Assembly (NCBI GenBank): GCA_019359235.1
Contig: JAHHHT010000036.1
Location: forward strand, 24,245 to 88,244
DNA from: Oscillatoria princeps RMCB-10
Lineage (GTDB): Bacteria; Cyanobacteriota; Cyanobacteriia; Cyanobacteriales; Oscillatoriaceae
Length of the DNA: 64,000 bases
Direction: 5' to 3'
Shown: positions 20,843 to 30,821 of the stretch, in pieces
Numbering within the stretch: position 1 is the stretch's first letter
Layout: every line of letters starts with the position of its first letter
Translations under genes and position numbers: made by a program
Notes under the pieces: model-generated
Told to the model about the DNA's origin: nothing
Seen by the model: only the letters and a program-made list of their open reading frames with translations
Database searches by the model: none

Positions 20843-22222
20843 TCAGCCGTTTAACAGGCGAGCCTCCGCAGCGTCCAAATAGCGGCTTTCTAGTTTCAAA
20901 GACACATCCCCAAAGTCTTCAGGCCAGTCTCCAAACGCTCCCGCCTCATCCAGATCCGCGCTGCTGACTTCTGTAACACCATCCTCTCGCCGTGTGAACC
21001 AATGAAGTTTTACTTCCTCTGGCAATATCTTCCCCTCTGCGACTAGAGATTGAACCGCCAGCAGCAGCACTTCGCTGTGGGTTTCCAGAACGACTCGCAC
21101 ACCCCGAGAAGCCGCCTCGGCTAATACCTCTGCCAAAGCAGCTTGAGCGCGAGGATGCAGGTGAATTTCTGGCTGTTCTATGTAAACTAATTGCCCTGGT
21201 TCCGCTACGAGAAGGGCAACAAGCACCGGCAAAACCTGAGACACTCCGAACCCAACGTCAGCAATACTCACCATATCTATTACCCCACCGCGACGTGGCA
21301 AACGACCCACCTGCAGTTCAACTTGCGTGTCATCTACCTGTTTGGCCCCCACTTTACAAGTCAGTCCCAGCGTTTCCAGAAAACGGCCCAAGTCTTGCAG
21401 ACGGTTATCTTTATTTTTTTGCCATTGATTGACCACACTAGCAACGTAATTTTCAAACGTTCCCTGAAAGTCGCTGCCAACCGCTGTTATTTTGTAAGTT
21501 CGTTCTGGATTCCCTCGCAGTCCGGGAACGTGTATTACCTTGCGTATGTGATGTTCAAACAACTCAGATGGACTGCTATTAATGAGGCTCACTGACGGCT
21601 CGGCAAACTTTTCTTTACCTGTGCCTAATGCAAATTCCAAAAAACACCGATTTCTCCTCACACACCACTGGATTTCACTTTTTATTTCTTCGGAAACATT
21701 AGATTTTTCTATAAAGGTTAATAAGCTTGTATAAAATACTCCAAGCCTCGTCGGTTTGAGAAAATTTCTAATATCCTCCTGAGTCATATCCTCCGAAATA
21801 TTAATAGATTTACCCTCCTTATTATACGCCATCTCAACGAGTTCAATCTTTTTGGTTGGACGCTTCTTAAAAACATTGCTGATAGATTGATGCTTGTGGA
21901 TTTCAATTTTAACAGTAAAGCTATCACTACTGTTCTTCTCAGACAGCCGAGAAAATAACTGTCCCGCTAAAGTAAACCGAACATTGGGCCCGTCCAGCAG
22001 CAGCGGGCCCGGATCGTAAGTCGCTTCCAACGTTTGCTTGAGTAACAGCAGCGGCTGCATGATGCTAGATTTACCGGAACTGTTGGCACCGGCAAGAATC
22101 GTCAGCGGACGGATTTCCACACTGCACTCTTCGTACAGAGACTTGTACCCCCGTACTGAAATGCCCGTAATTCCTTGGGCAGAATCTTTCTTCTGACTTT
22201 TGGCATAGGTAGCTTTACTCAT
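20843..22222 (-). CDS. ABC/AAA_21-type ATPase with a DUF3696-like C-terminal module
   Basis: 459 aa; Walker A LTILAGANSSGKSS, Walker B/D-loop VYIEQPEIHLHP, H-loop LETHSEVLL and a C-terminal ...GDWPEDFGDV tail. A large insertion separates Walker A and Walker B, as in OLD/AAA_15/AAA_21 ATPases. The local GC is far below the genome average. Confidence 0.8.
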   Translation of the reverse strand: MSKATYAKSQKKDSAQGITGISVRGYKSLYEECSVEIRPLTILAGANSSGKSSIMQPLLLLKQTLEATYDPGPLLLDGPNVRFTLAGQLFSRLSEKNSSDSFTVKIEIHKHQSISNVFKKRPTKKIELVEMAYNKEGKSINISEDMTQEDIRNFLKPTRLGVFYTSLLTFIEKSNVSEEIKSEIQWCVRRNRCFLEFALGTGKEKFAEPSVSLINSSPSELFEHHIRKVIHVPGLRGNPERTYKITAVGSDFQGTFENYVASVVNQWQKNKDNRLQDLGRFLETLGLTCKVGAKQVDDTQVELQVGRLPRRGGVIDMVSIADVGFGVSQVLPVLVALLVAEPGQLVYIEQPEIHLHPRAQAALAEVLAEAASRGVRVVLETHSEVLLLAVQSLVAEGKILPEEVKLHWFTRREDGVTEVSSADLDEAGAFGDWPEDFGDVSLKLESRYLDAAEARLLNG

Positions 22223-22262
22223 GGTCTTGGCTCCGGCTCATCTCCTCTCAGCATATCAATTT

Positions 22263-23216
22263 TTACGCCTGCAGTTCAGCATAAGCTGAGTATACTCCCC
22301 TCACATTATACCAGTTCAGGAAAATTCGCGCAATCTCCAGAGCTAACTGAGATTTACCCCTGTCAATCAGCCACTGTAACAGAGGAGCCATTGTCCGCTC
22401 GTTCAGTCTTCCCCCCAGGGAGAGCGCCCCCCAAAGCAGCCGGTGCAGCCAAGTCATTTGAATCATCATTCGCACCTCCCAGGTGGGATGCTTTTGGTAG
22501 AACAGCACCCCCATGCGACCGCGCTGAATTTCTTTATCAATCAGCGCCGGCAGCTGCTCCAAGTCAAAGGGGGGATGCCAGTGGTAGCCGGCAGCTGCTG
22601 GGCATTTAATCAGTTTCAGCCCCAGCTGCTTTAGCCGCACGCCCAGTTCCAGGTCTTCCCAGCCGTAAAGTTGAAACCTCGTGTCAAACAGACCGGCTTT
22701 TTCTAACCATTTGCGGGGAATAGCGACATTCCCTGTAGCGAAATAAGCCGCTGAAAAATCGGTGATCTTGTAGGGCTCAGCCGTGGGGTTATCGAAGTTC
22801 GCCGTGTTGATAACGCGACCGTATGTGAACACCCGATCCCCTCCCCACTCCTGAAATCCCCGCAGCAGCGCCTCCGCGTGCGCCCCGATAAAATTCTCCG
22901 TGACAACTAGATCGCTGTCAATAAAAATAATAGTGTCACCGGCAGCCTTTTGTATTCCTAGATTCCGGGCGGCAGCTGGCCCAGTGTGGTCTTGACAGAA
23001 CCGGCGCAGGTGGGGAAACTCAGCTGAGTGTTCCTCCAACCACTCCATCGTACCATCCGTAGAGCCATCATCCACCAGCACCACCTCGTAGCCGGTGACG
23101 GCGCTCTCACCCCCCAGCTGCTGGCGTTCCAGCGCTCGGAGGCACTTTTCCAGAATCGCCCTGCGATTGTAAGTTGGAATCACGACACTGAAAAACACTT
23201 CTTCCCCCCGCAGCAA
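22263..23216 (-). CDS. family 2 glycosyltransferase
   Basis: 317 aa; VVIPTYNRRAILEKCL...VVLVDDGSTDGT and a DxD-type motif FIDSDL. Confidence 0.85.
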   Translation of the reverse strand: MLRGEEVFFSVVIPTYNRRAILEKCLRALERQQLGGESAVTGYEVVLVDDGSTDGTMEWLEEHSAEFPHLRRFCQDHTGPAAARNLGIQKAAGDTIIFIDSDLVVTENFIGAHAEALLRGFQEWGGDRVFTYGRVINTANFDNPTAEPYKITDFSAAYFATGNVAIPRKWLEKAGLFDTRFQLYGWEDLELGVRLKQLGLKLIKCPAAAGYHWHPPFDLEQLPALIDKEIQRGRMGVLFYQKHPTWEVRMMIQMTWLHRLLWGALSLGGRLNERTMAPLLQWLIDRGKSQLALEIARIFLNWYNVRGVYSAYAELQA

Positions 23217-23497
23217 ACCTTCTGAGCGGACGCACTTGACATCAAACCGCTAAATCGACTATTTAGTTGAATATTCTTGAGAGAGTTAATCTTCGCGCTT
23301 CTCACTGTGAACCCTCCAGCCAAAGTTCCCACACACGCCCTCGATCGGGCTGCCCACACCTGCGCTTCCCTTGACTGTCGGGCGGAGGGGATACTTTCCT
23401 CCGCCTCTCCGCACCGGGTGGGGGAGTTGGGGGGGGTGAGGTTTGTTCCCTTGTTAAGCTGACAGCCTCGTTTTTCCAGGCAATGGAAGTGTGCGAC

Positions 23498-24400
23498 TCA
23501 AGGCGTGCCATCTCTGCCATCCCGTACCGCCCGCACAAAGCAGTCAAGTTCTTTCTCAAGGCATAGTAACCTATTTCGGCGCTGCCCAGCAGTGGGCGGA
23601 ACCCCACCCCCAACCCCCTTCCCGCTTGCGGGGAGGGGGCTAAGAGTGGGGTGTGGTTGGAAAACGTTTGAATCGTCCCGGTGCGATGCCGGTATGTCGC
23701 TCAAGTTATGGTTAAAGTTCAGGTTATTTCGCTCCACCGGCTTGATTCCCTGTTTCCACTCCGGATTGCCACCGAAACCGCCCTTGACAGTCGAGTTAGA
23801 AAGGCAGCTCTTAATGATGTAGCGCTCAGTTTTATTCAAGCTGTCTCTCCCCGGCGCTCTGTTCCAGTTTATACCCAGCCGTTTCAAAGGCTCAGCAATT
23901 CCTTTAATTTTCGGCTTTACCTTGACTGACAGCCCTCTCCCCTTCTGGGAATTATTCCACTCTTTGAGAGCTTTTAAAAGTTTGTCATTGCGACTCAAAT
24001 ATCCCCCCTTACTTCCAGCGCCCATCCCCAAATTCTCCCGCCTTAAATCGAGTGCTAACGCCATGTTTGTGCCTGACTGCTTTGGGTGAACTGAGCGCTC
24101 ACAGACCTCTCCTCCGATTTCGGCTCTCCTGTACTTGACGTGGAAAACCCCGTTTTTTGGGCGCAGGGCACAGGTGCTAGGGGAGACAAAACACCGGCCA
24201 CCGCATGCCTTTGAGTCAATTAATAAGTTTCGCTTATCGCCAGAAGTCAGGGAGTTTTCCATTTTTAATAAATGAACCTTGTCTGTGGGGCGTTGCGGCG
24301 CGTAAGGGTTTTTTGCTATTCTTGCCATCGGCGGAGTGGGAGCCGGCGGGGATGAATCGCCCCTGGTGGGTGGAATTCTGTCAGACATTATAGAATACAA
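23498..24400 (-). CDS. orphan Lys/Gly/Asn-rich hypothetical protein
   Basis: 300-aa ORF with no competing ORF over 130 aa. The N-terminal part contains CGGRC...C...C. The composition is odd (Pro-rich N-terminus, then K/G/N-rich), and the region is dotted with small hairpins. The gene may be decayed. Confidence 0.35.
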   Translation of the reverse strand: MYSIMSDRIPPTRGDSSPPAPTPPMARIAKNPYAPQRPTDKVHLLKMENSLTSGDKRNLLIDSKACGGRCFVSPSTCALRPKNGVFHVKYRRAEIGGEVCERSVHPKQSGTNMALALDLRRENLGMGAGSKGGYLSRNDKLLKALKEWNNSQKGRGLSVKVKPKIKGIAEPLKRLGINWNRAPGRDSLNKTERYIIKSCLSNSTVKGGFGGNPEWKQGIKPVERNNLNFNHNLSDIPASHRDDSNVFQPHPTLSPLPASGKGVGGGVPPTAGQRRNRLLCLEKELDCFVRAVRDGRDGTP

Positions 24401-24978
24401 GATTGCACAGGTTTTTGCAGAGGCGACAGATTACTCTTATGCCCCCGACATTCAGAGGCGGCTAAGCCTCTCAAGCGGTTTTTGGGAGTGGGGAGCATTG
24501 AATTCTGGAATCCATTGGCGTCATTATACCACAGACTTGGGCATTCATCTCTCACCGGCAGATATTGTGAGAGTGTCCTGCCGGATGCAGGAGCTAACGA
24601 CGGCTTCCCCAGCGGCGAGCGCGAGGGAAGGGCGAGGCCGGTGCCGCCGGCGCAGAAGTTTTCCGCCTGAAAACTCTCTATTTTGCTTTTCCCCCTCTCC
24701 GTCTATCTATTAACCGCATCGCTCAGCTATCCAGACTTCTTTGAGCGGAAGTATTTTTCGGGCGTTGCAGGTTGGCGGGATGATCGTGCAGGTAGGGGCA
24801 GGCCACCCACGGAGACTGCCCTGTCCGAAGTGCGAGGGAGCCCCACGGGGGGATTGCCCGTGCAGTTTCATGCCAGCACTGTGCAACGCCATTTTTCGAG
24901 TGGGGGCGGGCTGATTGCGCTGCCCAGTGTGCTGGCCTATCCGGCTCGCCCGCCCCGGAGCGCCGGCGAGCCGGAACC

Positions 24979-25596
24979 TCACAGCTTTTTAGGGGCAGCA
25001 CGCCCCAGCAAGCGAATCAGGGCAACGCCGGTCAGAGCGGAAACGGCAAGCCAGGTCACAGCCAAACCCACTAACTCGCCGAGGAACAGGCGCGTGGACA
25101 GGCGAACAGCCCAGCCCACAGCCCAGCCCAGGGGCAGCCCCAACGCCCAGCTGGCGGCACTGGCAAAGATCCAAGTCCCATCTTTGGCGACCTGCTTTTG
25201 GATGGTCAGCCACTGCGCCAGTCCAGTCAAAGCCCCCACTAGCGCCCCGTCGAAAACCCCATGCACCAGCCTGAATGCGATATTTTCGTTTGTTGGTGCC
25301 ATCCAGCCCAGGGCACCCAGGCTGCTCGCCCCGATTAAGCCCCAGCTGAGGGCACTCGCTAATATCCACCGGCTCGCTTGGGGGAAGAGCTGTCTGAGGA
25401 CAGCCCACTGCGCCAAGCCAATCGCCGCACCGCCGGCCAACCCCTGCACCACCCCCACATAAGGTCTGACACCGATTTCAATAAACAGCAGACTCACCAA
25501 AAAGCCCACCAGCGTGAGAAACACCCACTGCAACCAGAAACTCCGTTCCTTGCTGGCGAGTTTTACAGGGGCATAGTAATAGAACGTTGCTGACAT
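24979..25596 (-). CDS. hypothetical integral membrane protein with internal duplication
   Basis: 205 aa with about 6 hydrophobic segments. It contains the repeated motifs GxAxGLAQWxxL and WxxxxALSWGLIG / WIFASAASWALGL. Confidence 0.6.
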   Translation of the reverse strand: MSATFYYYAPVKLASKERSFWLQWVFLTLVGFLVSLLFIEIGVRPYVGVVQGLAGGAAIGLAQWAVLRQLFPQASRWILASALSWGLIGASSLGALGWMAPTNENIAFRLVHGVFDGALVGALTGLAQWLTIQKQVAKDGTWIFASAASWALGLPLGWAVGWAVRLSTRLFLGELVGLAVTWLAVSALTGVALIRLLGRAAPKKL

Positions 25597-25657
25597 TGGC
25601 GTTAAAAAAGTTCCGGGTAAAAGTGACGCAATCGAATGTGAGACCTCTGTGCGGGGC

Positions 25658-25692
25658 CAGAAACCGGGTTTCTTTCAGAAACCCGGTTTCTA
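25658..25692. repeat. two copies of the GAAACCCGGTTTC palindrome
   Basis: ccagaaaccgggtttctttcagaaacccggtttcta, located at the 3' end of the GHL10-like gene. Confidence 0.8.
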
Positions 25693-25726
25693 CGCTCTCA
25701 CAACTCAAATATAAACGCTATAGATT

Positions 25727-27076
25727 CTATCCCGCAGTCGCTGACTTTTGCAAAAGCTTCGGTCGTGTGGCACGGTCAGAAAAAATTTCCTGGAATGCCG
25801 CTCGGCGCTCCGGTGGCGACTCGGGTGCGATATAGCCCCACAAGCTCTCCCAGTAAAAGAAAGAGACGCCGTTAAAGCCGCGCTCGCGAGCCACCTGCAC
25901 TTGCTTCTCGATCTGCTCGATAGCAACAGGACGCCCCCAGGTTCCGGTTGATATCCCCACGCCCACTGGAATCTTGCTGCGAGCCGCCGCCAGAGCCGGT
26001 TTTTGCAATTCAGCCAGAAAAGTTGTGATGTCATCTCGATACACCTGCACCACCAATTCCTCTACCAAACCGCGCTGCACCCACGTCTGCCAGTCTTGCA
26101 GATAGAGTCTGTAGGAAAAATCTTGCGAGTTGGGAGACAGGGATATAACGCAGTTGGGGCTGACTGTTTTGACAGCCTGGTAGACCTTTTGCATGAAATC
26201 CGTAATTTTGTCGGCTCGCCAGCGCATCCACTCGGCGTCTCTGGGATTGTCCGGAGGGCTTTTTCCAGCGTGCTCTTGCTGGTAAAGCCGGACTGTGAAG
26301 GGATCGTAACCGAATTCCACCGGCATGGCAAAGTGATCGTCGAGCTGAATGCCGGCGACTCCATATTTACTGACAACTTCCACCATCAAGTCGAGCATGA
26401 ACTTCTGCACTTCCGGGTGGAGAGGGTTGAGCCAGACTTGGTTGCTGGCAACCTGCTTGAGGATGAACTGCCTCACGTTTTGCCAGACCGGCTTGCCGGT
26501 GGAATCGCCAGAGTCGATGCCGTTCTGTTCGTCGGCAATCTCCTTGAGAATCTGGCTGTTGTTGCGGCGAAAAGTCAGCCACTCCGGGTGCCGGCGAACC
26601 AGTTCTGAAGTAGCAGGTGCCATGAAGCCATACTCAAACCACGGGATGACGTCCATCTGGTAGCGGTATCCCTGTTTGATGATCTCCGCCAGCGAATCCT
26701 GCCCCAGCCGCATCAGCCCCAGCAGTGGCGCTCGATCTCGCCCCGTCACCTGTTTCGCCACCTCGCTCGGGTAAAAGGTGTGCCCCCGGTTCCACACGAC
26801 CGGATATACGGTGTTAAAGTTTAGTTGCGACAGCTGCCGCATCGCTCGGTTCACGCCCCACGGGGCAAATAGGACTCCGCTGGCAACATTGGTCAGCCAC
26901 ACGCCCCGCACCTCCGCTCTAGCCGGCGCGGCTGGGGAACGGACTTGCACCGGGCTGCCAAACCCTGAGAGCGCGTTGGGGTTGCGAACGCTAACTTGCC
27001 ACAGCGCCGCCAGCAGCGCCAGTCCCAGGCATAGCAGGTACACCAGCCATCTCTTCTCAAATTTCTTCTTGCCCAT
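25727..27076 (-). CDS. glycoside hydrolase-like family 10 (GHL10/YddW-type) secreted protein
   Basis: 449 aa; signal/anchor MGKKKFEKRWLVYLLCLGLALLAAL, then GVWLTNV...FNTVYPVVWNRGHTFYPS and a (beta/alpha)8-like layout characteristic of the YddW/GHL10 family. Confidence 0.7.
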   Translation of the reverse strand: MGKKKFEKRWLVYLLCLGLALLAALWQVSVRNPNALSGFGSPVQVRSPAAPARAEVRGVWLTNVASGVLFAPWGVNRAMRQLSQLNFNTVYPVVWNRGHTFYPSEVAKQVTGRDRAPLLGLMRLGQDSLAEIIKQGYRYQMDVIPWFEYGFMAPATSELVRRHPEWLTFRRNNSQILKEIADEQNGIDSGDSTGKPVWQNVRQFILKQVASNQVWLNPLHPEVQKFMLDLMVEVVSKYGVAGIQLDDHFAMPVEFGYDPFTVRLYQQEHAGKSPPDNPRDAEWMRWRADKITDFMQKVYQAVKTVSPNCVISLSPNSQDFSYRLYLQDWQTWVQRGLVEELVVQVYRDDITTFLAELQKPALAAARSKIPVGVGISTGTWGRPVAIEQIEKQVQVARERGFNGVSFFYWESLWGYIAPESPPERRAAFQEIFSDRATRPKLLQKSATAG

Positions 27077-27782
27077 CGTCCCTCAATAGCTGTGTTTACT
27101 GCTGTCAGAACGTTTGAGTAACTCACCCCGCCTTTGGTTCCAAGTCTCGCTTACCTGTCCGGCAGGCACCCAGGCGGTAAAAGCGCTTTCAAACCGGGCG
27201 CTTCTGGAATTCTAGGGCGTTCGCCCTATTACCTAAATCCCCCACTTGTCCCCTCTTTTTATAAATTTTGTTAATCTCCCTGGCCGGTCGAAAACAAGCT
27301 TGTCAATCGGTGAAATTATAAAACGCGCTCTCAATCCGCTGCAACTGCGAGCGCGGCACCCTGAACCGGCACCGGCTTGAAACGCTGAAAGAATCCCCGC
27401 CAGAGCCTGACTTCCCGCCCCTCGACCGGCTGGCAGCGCCGCTTTCTTAAACAAACCTCACTTTCCCCGCTCCCCCACTCGCGTTTTTTAAACAAAATCT
27501 TAACAATCGCTCCTCGCGCCAGACTCACAGCTATTTCCACTGGCCGGTCGCGACAGTTCGTATCCCGCCCGCCAAGCCGCGCACTTCTCTAAAAACTTGC
27601 CTGCCCTCTAAAGAATGGTGCGGAAATTAGCTGCCTAACCTTTAATTTTTTTTTTCGGTTACACTGGCGCAGTTTGTCCCCGGCTTCTCTTGACGCGCAT
27701 CCGGAGCGTTTTGTACAATTAAGAGCTTTCCTCCCTCTCCCGCTCCCTCAAAAAGAAGCAAGAAAGAAGAAAAGTTGACCTT

Positions 27783-27835
27783 GGCTCCAGAAGCTCCCCT
27801 GCTCCAGAAGCTCCCCTGCTCCAGAAGCTCCCCTG
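27783..27835 (+). repeat. 3 x 17-nt perfect tandem repeat (GCTCCAGAAGCTCCCCT)
   Basis: ctccagaagctcccctgctccagaagctcccctgctccagaagctcccctgc, about 130 nt upstream of the argG start. Confidence 0.85.
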
Positions 27836-27961
27836 CCGCGCTCGGCGCTGACCTTGCAGCCCGGAGGAGCAAATCGTTAAGAATATCGGTAATTTTTGCT
27901 GTCCCTTGGGGAAAAGGGGTTAATAATACAAGCTTGGTAGTTTTAGGAAATATACATATCA

Positions 27962-29164
27962 ATGGGTCGCGCTAAAAAAGTTGTTCTGGCATATTCCGGC
28001 GGAGTCGATACCTCGGTCTGCATTCCCTACCTGAAGCAGGAGTGGGGTGTTGAGGAAGTGATTGCCCTGGCCGCCGATCTCGGGCAAGGAGAAGAACTCA
28101 AGCCGGTACAGGAAAAAGCGCTCAAATCGGGTGCTGTTGAATCCCTGGTGGTGGACGCCAAGGAAAGCTTTGTCAAAGACTACGGATTTCCAGCGATTCA
28201 GGCGAACGCCCTCTACGAAAATCGCTATCCGCTCTCGACTTCCCTCGCCCGCCCGCTGATTGCCAAGCTTTTAGTAGAAGCCGCTGAGAAATACGGCGCT
28301 GATGCGGTGGCTCACGGCTGCACCGGCAAGGGCAATGACCAAGTGCGCTTCGACGTTTCGATTGCGGCGCTCAACCCCAACCTGAAAGTCCTGGCACCGG
28401 CACGGGAGTGGGGGATGAGCCGGGAGGAAACCATCGCCTACGGGGAGAATTTTGGCATTCCCGCGCCGGTGAAGAAATCTTCTCCCTACAGTATAGACCG
28501 CAACCTTTTCGGGCGCAGCATTGAGGCTGGCCCGCTGGAAGATCCGGCGACGGAACCGCTCGAAGAAATTTATGCCATGACTAAGGCAATCGCCGACACT
28601 CCTGACGAGCCTGAATACGTGGAAATTGGCTTTGAGGGCGGCATCCCGGCCAGCCTCAATGGCCAAGTCCTGCCGGCGGTGGCGCTCGTCGAGCAGCTCA
28701 ACCAGGTGGTTGGCAACCACGGCTTCGGGCGCATCGATATGGTGGAAAACCGGCTCGTGGGCATCAAATCCCGAGAAATCTACGAAACACCGGCACTGCT
28801 GGTGCTGATCCTGGCTCACCGCGACTTGGAGAGCCTCACCCTCACCGCAGATGTCACCCACTACAAGCGCGGTCTGGAAGAAACCTATGGCCAGCTAGTT
28901 TACAATGGCCTTTGGTACAGTCCCCTCAAGGCTGCTTTGGACGCTTTCATTCAGCAAACCCAACAGCGGGTGTCGGGGACAGTGCGGGTTAAGCTGTTCA
29001 AAGGCAGCGCCACGATCGTCGGTCGCCGGTCTGACTATTCCCTGTACAGCCCCGATTTGGCCACCTACGGCGCTGAAGACCAGTTTGACCACAAAGCCGC
29101 TGAAGGCTTTATCTATGTCTGGGGGCTGCCCACTCGCGTCTGGTCGCAAAAAACTAGGGGCTAG
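27962..29164 (+). CDS. argG: argininosuccinate synthase
   Basis: 400 aa; N-type ATP-PPase motif [13 protein letters not shown], then ...[14 protein letters not shown]... and a canonical ArgG C-terminus. Confidence 0.95.
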   Translation: MGRAKKVVLAYSGGVDTSVCIPYLKQEWGVEEVIALAADLGQGEELKPVQEKALKSGAVESLVVDAKESFVKDYGFPAIQANALYENRYPLSTSLARPLIAKLLVEAAEKYGADAVAHGCTGKGNDQVRFDVSIAALNPNLKVLAPAREWGMSREETIAYGENFGIPAPVKKSSPYSIDRNLFGRSIEAGPLEDPATEPLEEIYAMTKAIADTPDEPEYVEIGFEGGIPASLNGQVLPAVALVEQLNQVVGNHGFGRIDMVENRLVGIKSREIYETPALLVLILAHRDLESLTLTADVTHYKRGLEETYGQLVYNGLWYSPLKAALDAFIQQTQQRVSGTVRVKLFKGSATIVGRRSDYSLYSPDLATYGAEDQFDHKAAEGFIYVWGLPTRVWSQKTRG

Positions 29165-29176
29165 AACGCCTGTGAC

Positions 29177-29262
29177 AAAAAACCGGGGTTCTTGAAAACC
29201 CGGTTTCTTAGAGGTGACAAGAAACCGGGGTTCTTGAAGAACCCCGGTTTCTGGCCCCCATT
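29177..29262. repeat. four copies of the GAAACCCGGTTTC-family palindrome directly after the argG stop
   Basis: aaaaaccggggttcttgaaaacccggtttctt...gaaaccggggttcttgaagaaccccggtttctgg, followed by a CTTGGCG heptamer array at 29291-29330. Confidence 0.8.
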
Positions 29263-29384
29263 CCATGACTTTGTTTGTGAGAGCCCTCTCTTTTTTCTTT
29301 TCTTGGCGCTCTTGGCGTCTTGGCGGTTTATTTAAGAAGTAATTTTCACAAATCAAATAGAACCGCCACAGCACCCCGCAACCG

Positions 29385-30014
29385 CTAATCCCCACTCTCC
29401 AGTTCCTTGTTGCGAGACTCCAGCCACAGGGGAACGGCAATCCACGCTGTTGCCAGAAGTAAGGCAACAGCAGCAAATCTGGCTGCTAAGCTGACTAACT
29501 GCTCCAGCGGCAAAATTCGCCCCGCAAAGAAGGACAGCGTGACCATCACTGACGCCCACGCTGCAGCCCCTGCCAAGTTGTAGGCCGTAAATTTGAGGTA
29601 GGGCATTTCCGCAACGCCGGCTAGGGGGCTAGCAAAAATCCGCAGTAAGGCAATGAACCTGCCCACAAATACGGTCTTGCCAGCGTTTTCGCTAAACCGA
29701 GTTTTGAGTTTTTGGAGCTGTTCTTCCGGAACGCGGAAAATTCGCCCCGCACTCAGCAGAAAGGGCCAGCCGCCATACCTGCCTATCCAATAGCCGAAGT
29801 TCCCGCCCAAGGCTGCGCCCAGGATGGCGCTCCCCAGGACGAACCAGTAACTCAGCTCGCCGCTACCTGCCAGAAAGCCCCCGGCTAGGGTGATGGTCTC
29901 ACCGGGTAGCGGCACTCCCAGGTTTTCTAGCAAGATTCCCAGAAACACTGCCCAGTAGCCGTATTGATGGGCAAGTTCCTGAATGGTATCCAGCGATACA
30001 AATTCCAATGACAT
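29385..30014 (-). CDS. DedA/SNARE-associated (TVP38-like) membrane protein
   Basis: 209 aa; AVFLGILLENLGVPLPGETITLAGGFLAG and GRFIALLRIFASPLAGVAEMPY are the conserved DedA motifs. Confidence 0.88.
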   Translation of the reverse strand: MSLEFVSLDTIQELAHQYGYWAVFLGILLENLGVPLPGETITLAGGFLAGSGELSYWFVLGSAILGAALGGNFGYWIGRYGGWPFLLSAGRIFRVPEEQLQKLKTRFSENAGKTVFVGRFIALLRIFASPLAGVAEMPYLKFTAYNLAGAAAWASVMVTLSFFAGRILPLEQLVSLAARFAAVALLLATAWIAVPLWLESRNKELESGD

Positions 30015-30367
30015 TTAACACTGCCTTTATAATGCCTTAGTATTTTGTAACATATTGGCGTGCCGGTGGGAGTGGCGTCAGCCGGTGCGGCTTTAGGCCA
30101 ACGGCAGCCCGTGGGGCTAAAAGCCCAGCTGCAACCGGCCCACCGGCACATCCGCTGCCGGTGCCGGTGCTCTGGCGGCGGGGAGAGCCGAAAAGCGTTT
30201 CCGGCAGAATGGCACCTTTTCCACCTGTTTTGCAGTTACATTAATAACACCGCCCCCACACCCAAACGGGGAAACTTATTTCTTCCCTGGAGCATCTGAA
30301 TAATGTTACTGTTTTGTTTCATTAAGCAGCAATCCGCACTTGCAAGTCTATTCAGTGAAAACCGATT

Positions 30368-30727
30368 ATGATGGCCAGACAAGTCAGTCAACTCATCCTG
30401 CTTCAGCCCAAACAGCGTCTGGATTCAGAAGGCGGCTGCGCCCTCCAGCAAGAGATTGCTGCCATCGCTCCTCAGTCCCACCAGGTCTGGGTCATTGATA
30501 TGAGCCACGTCGATTTCCTGGACAGCTCGGGGCTTTTTGCCCTGGTAGCCGGTCTTTCTAGCGCTCGCCAGCACGGATGTCGCCTGGTTCTGTGCAATCT
30601 CAAAGCTACGGTCAGGCTGGTCTTTGAAATCTCTCAGCTCGATACGGTCTTTGAAATTTTTGACAGGTACGATACCGTTTTAGTTTCCCTGGATCGAGAT
30701 GCCGCCTCCTTCATGAAGGCGGCTTGA
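30368..30727 (+). CDS. STAS-domain anti-sigma-factor antagonist (SpoIIAA-like)
   Basis: 119 aa; VIDMSHVDFLDSSGLFALVAG... is the typical STAS phosphorylatable-Ser region (DSSGL). Confidence 0.8.
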   Translation: MMARQVSQLILLQPKQRLDSEGGCALQQEIAAIAPQSHQVWVIDMSHVDFLDSSGLFALVAGLSSARQHGCRLVLCNLKATVRLVFEISQLDTVFEIFDRYDTVLVSLDRDAASFMKAA

Positions 30728-30821
30728 GTTTATTTATTCTTGACTGAAAGCGCCCACTGTGCTAAGGGGTGCATTTGTTGAGTTCAAAATTGAAAGTTAA
30801 AAAAAGGGCTTTCCCCTCGCT

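Noticed and set aside
24683-25462. 259-aa plus-strand ORF
   Set aside because: It is antisense to the better-supported membrane-protein gene 24979-25596 and to hairpin-rich DNA, with a Pro/Arg/Ala-rich GC-shadow composition.
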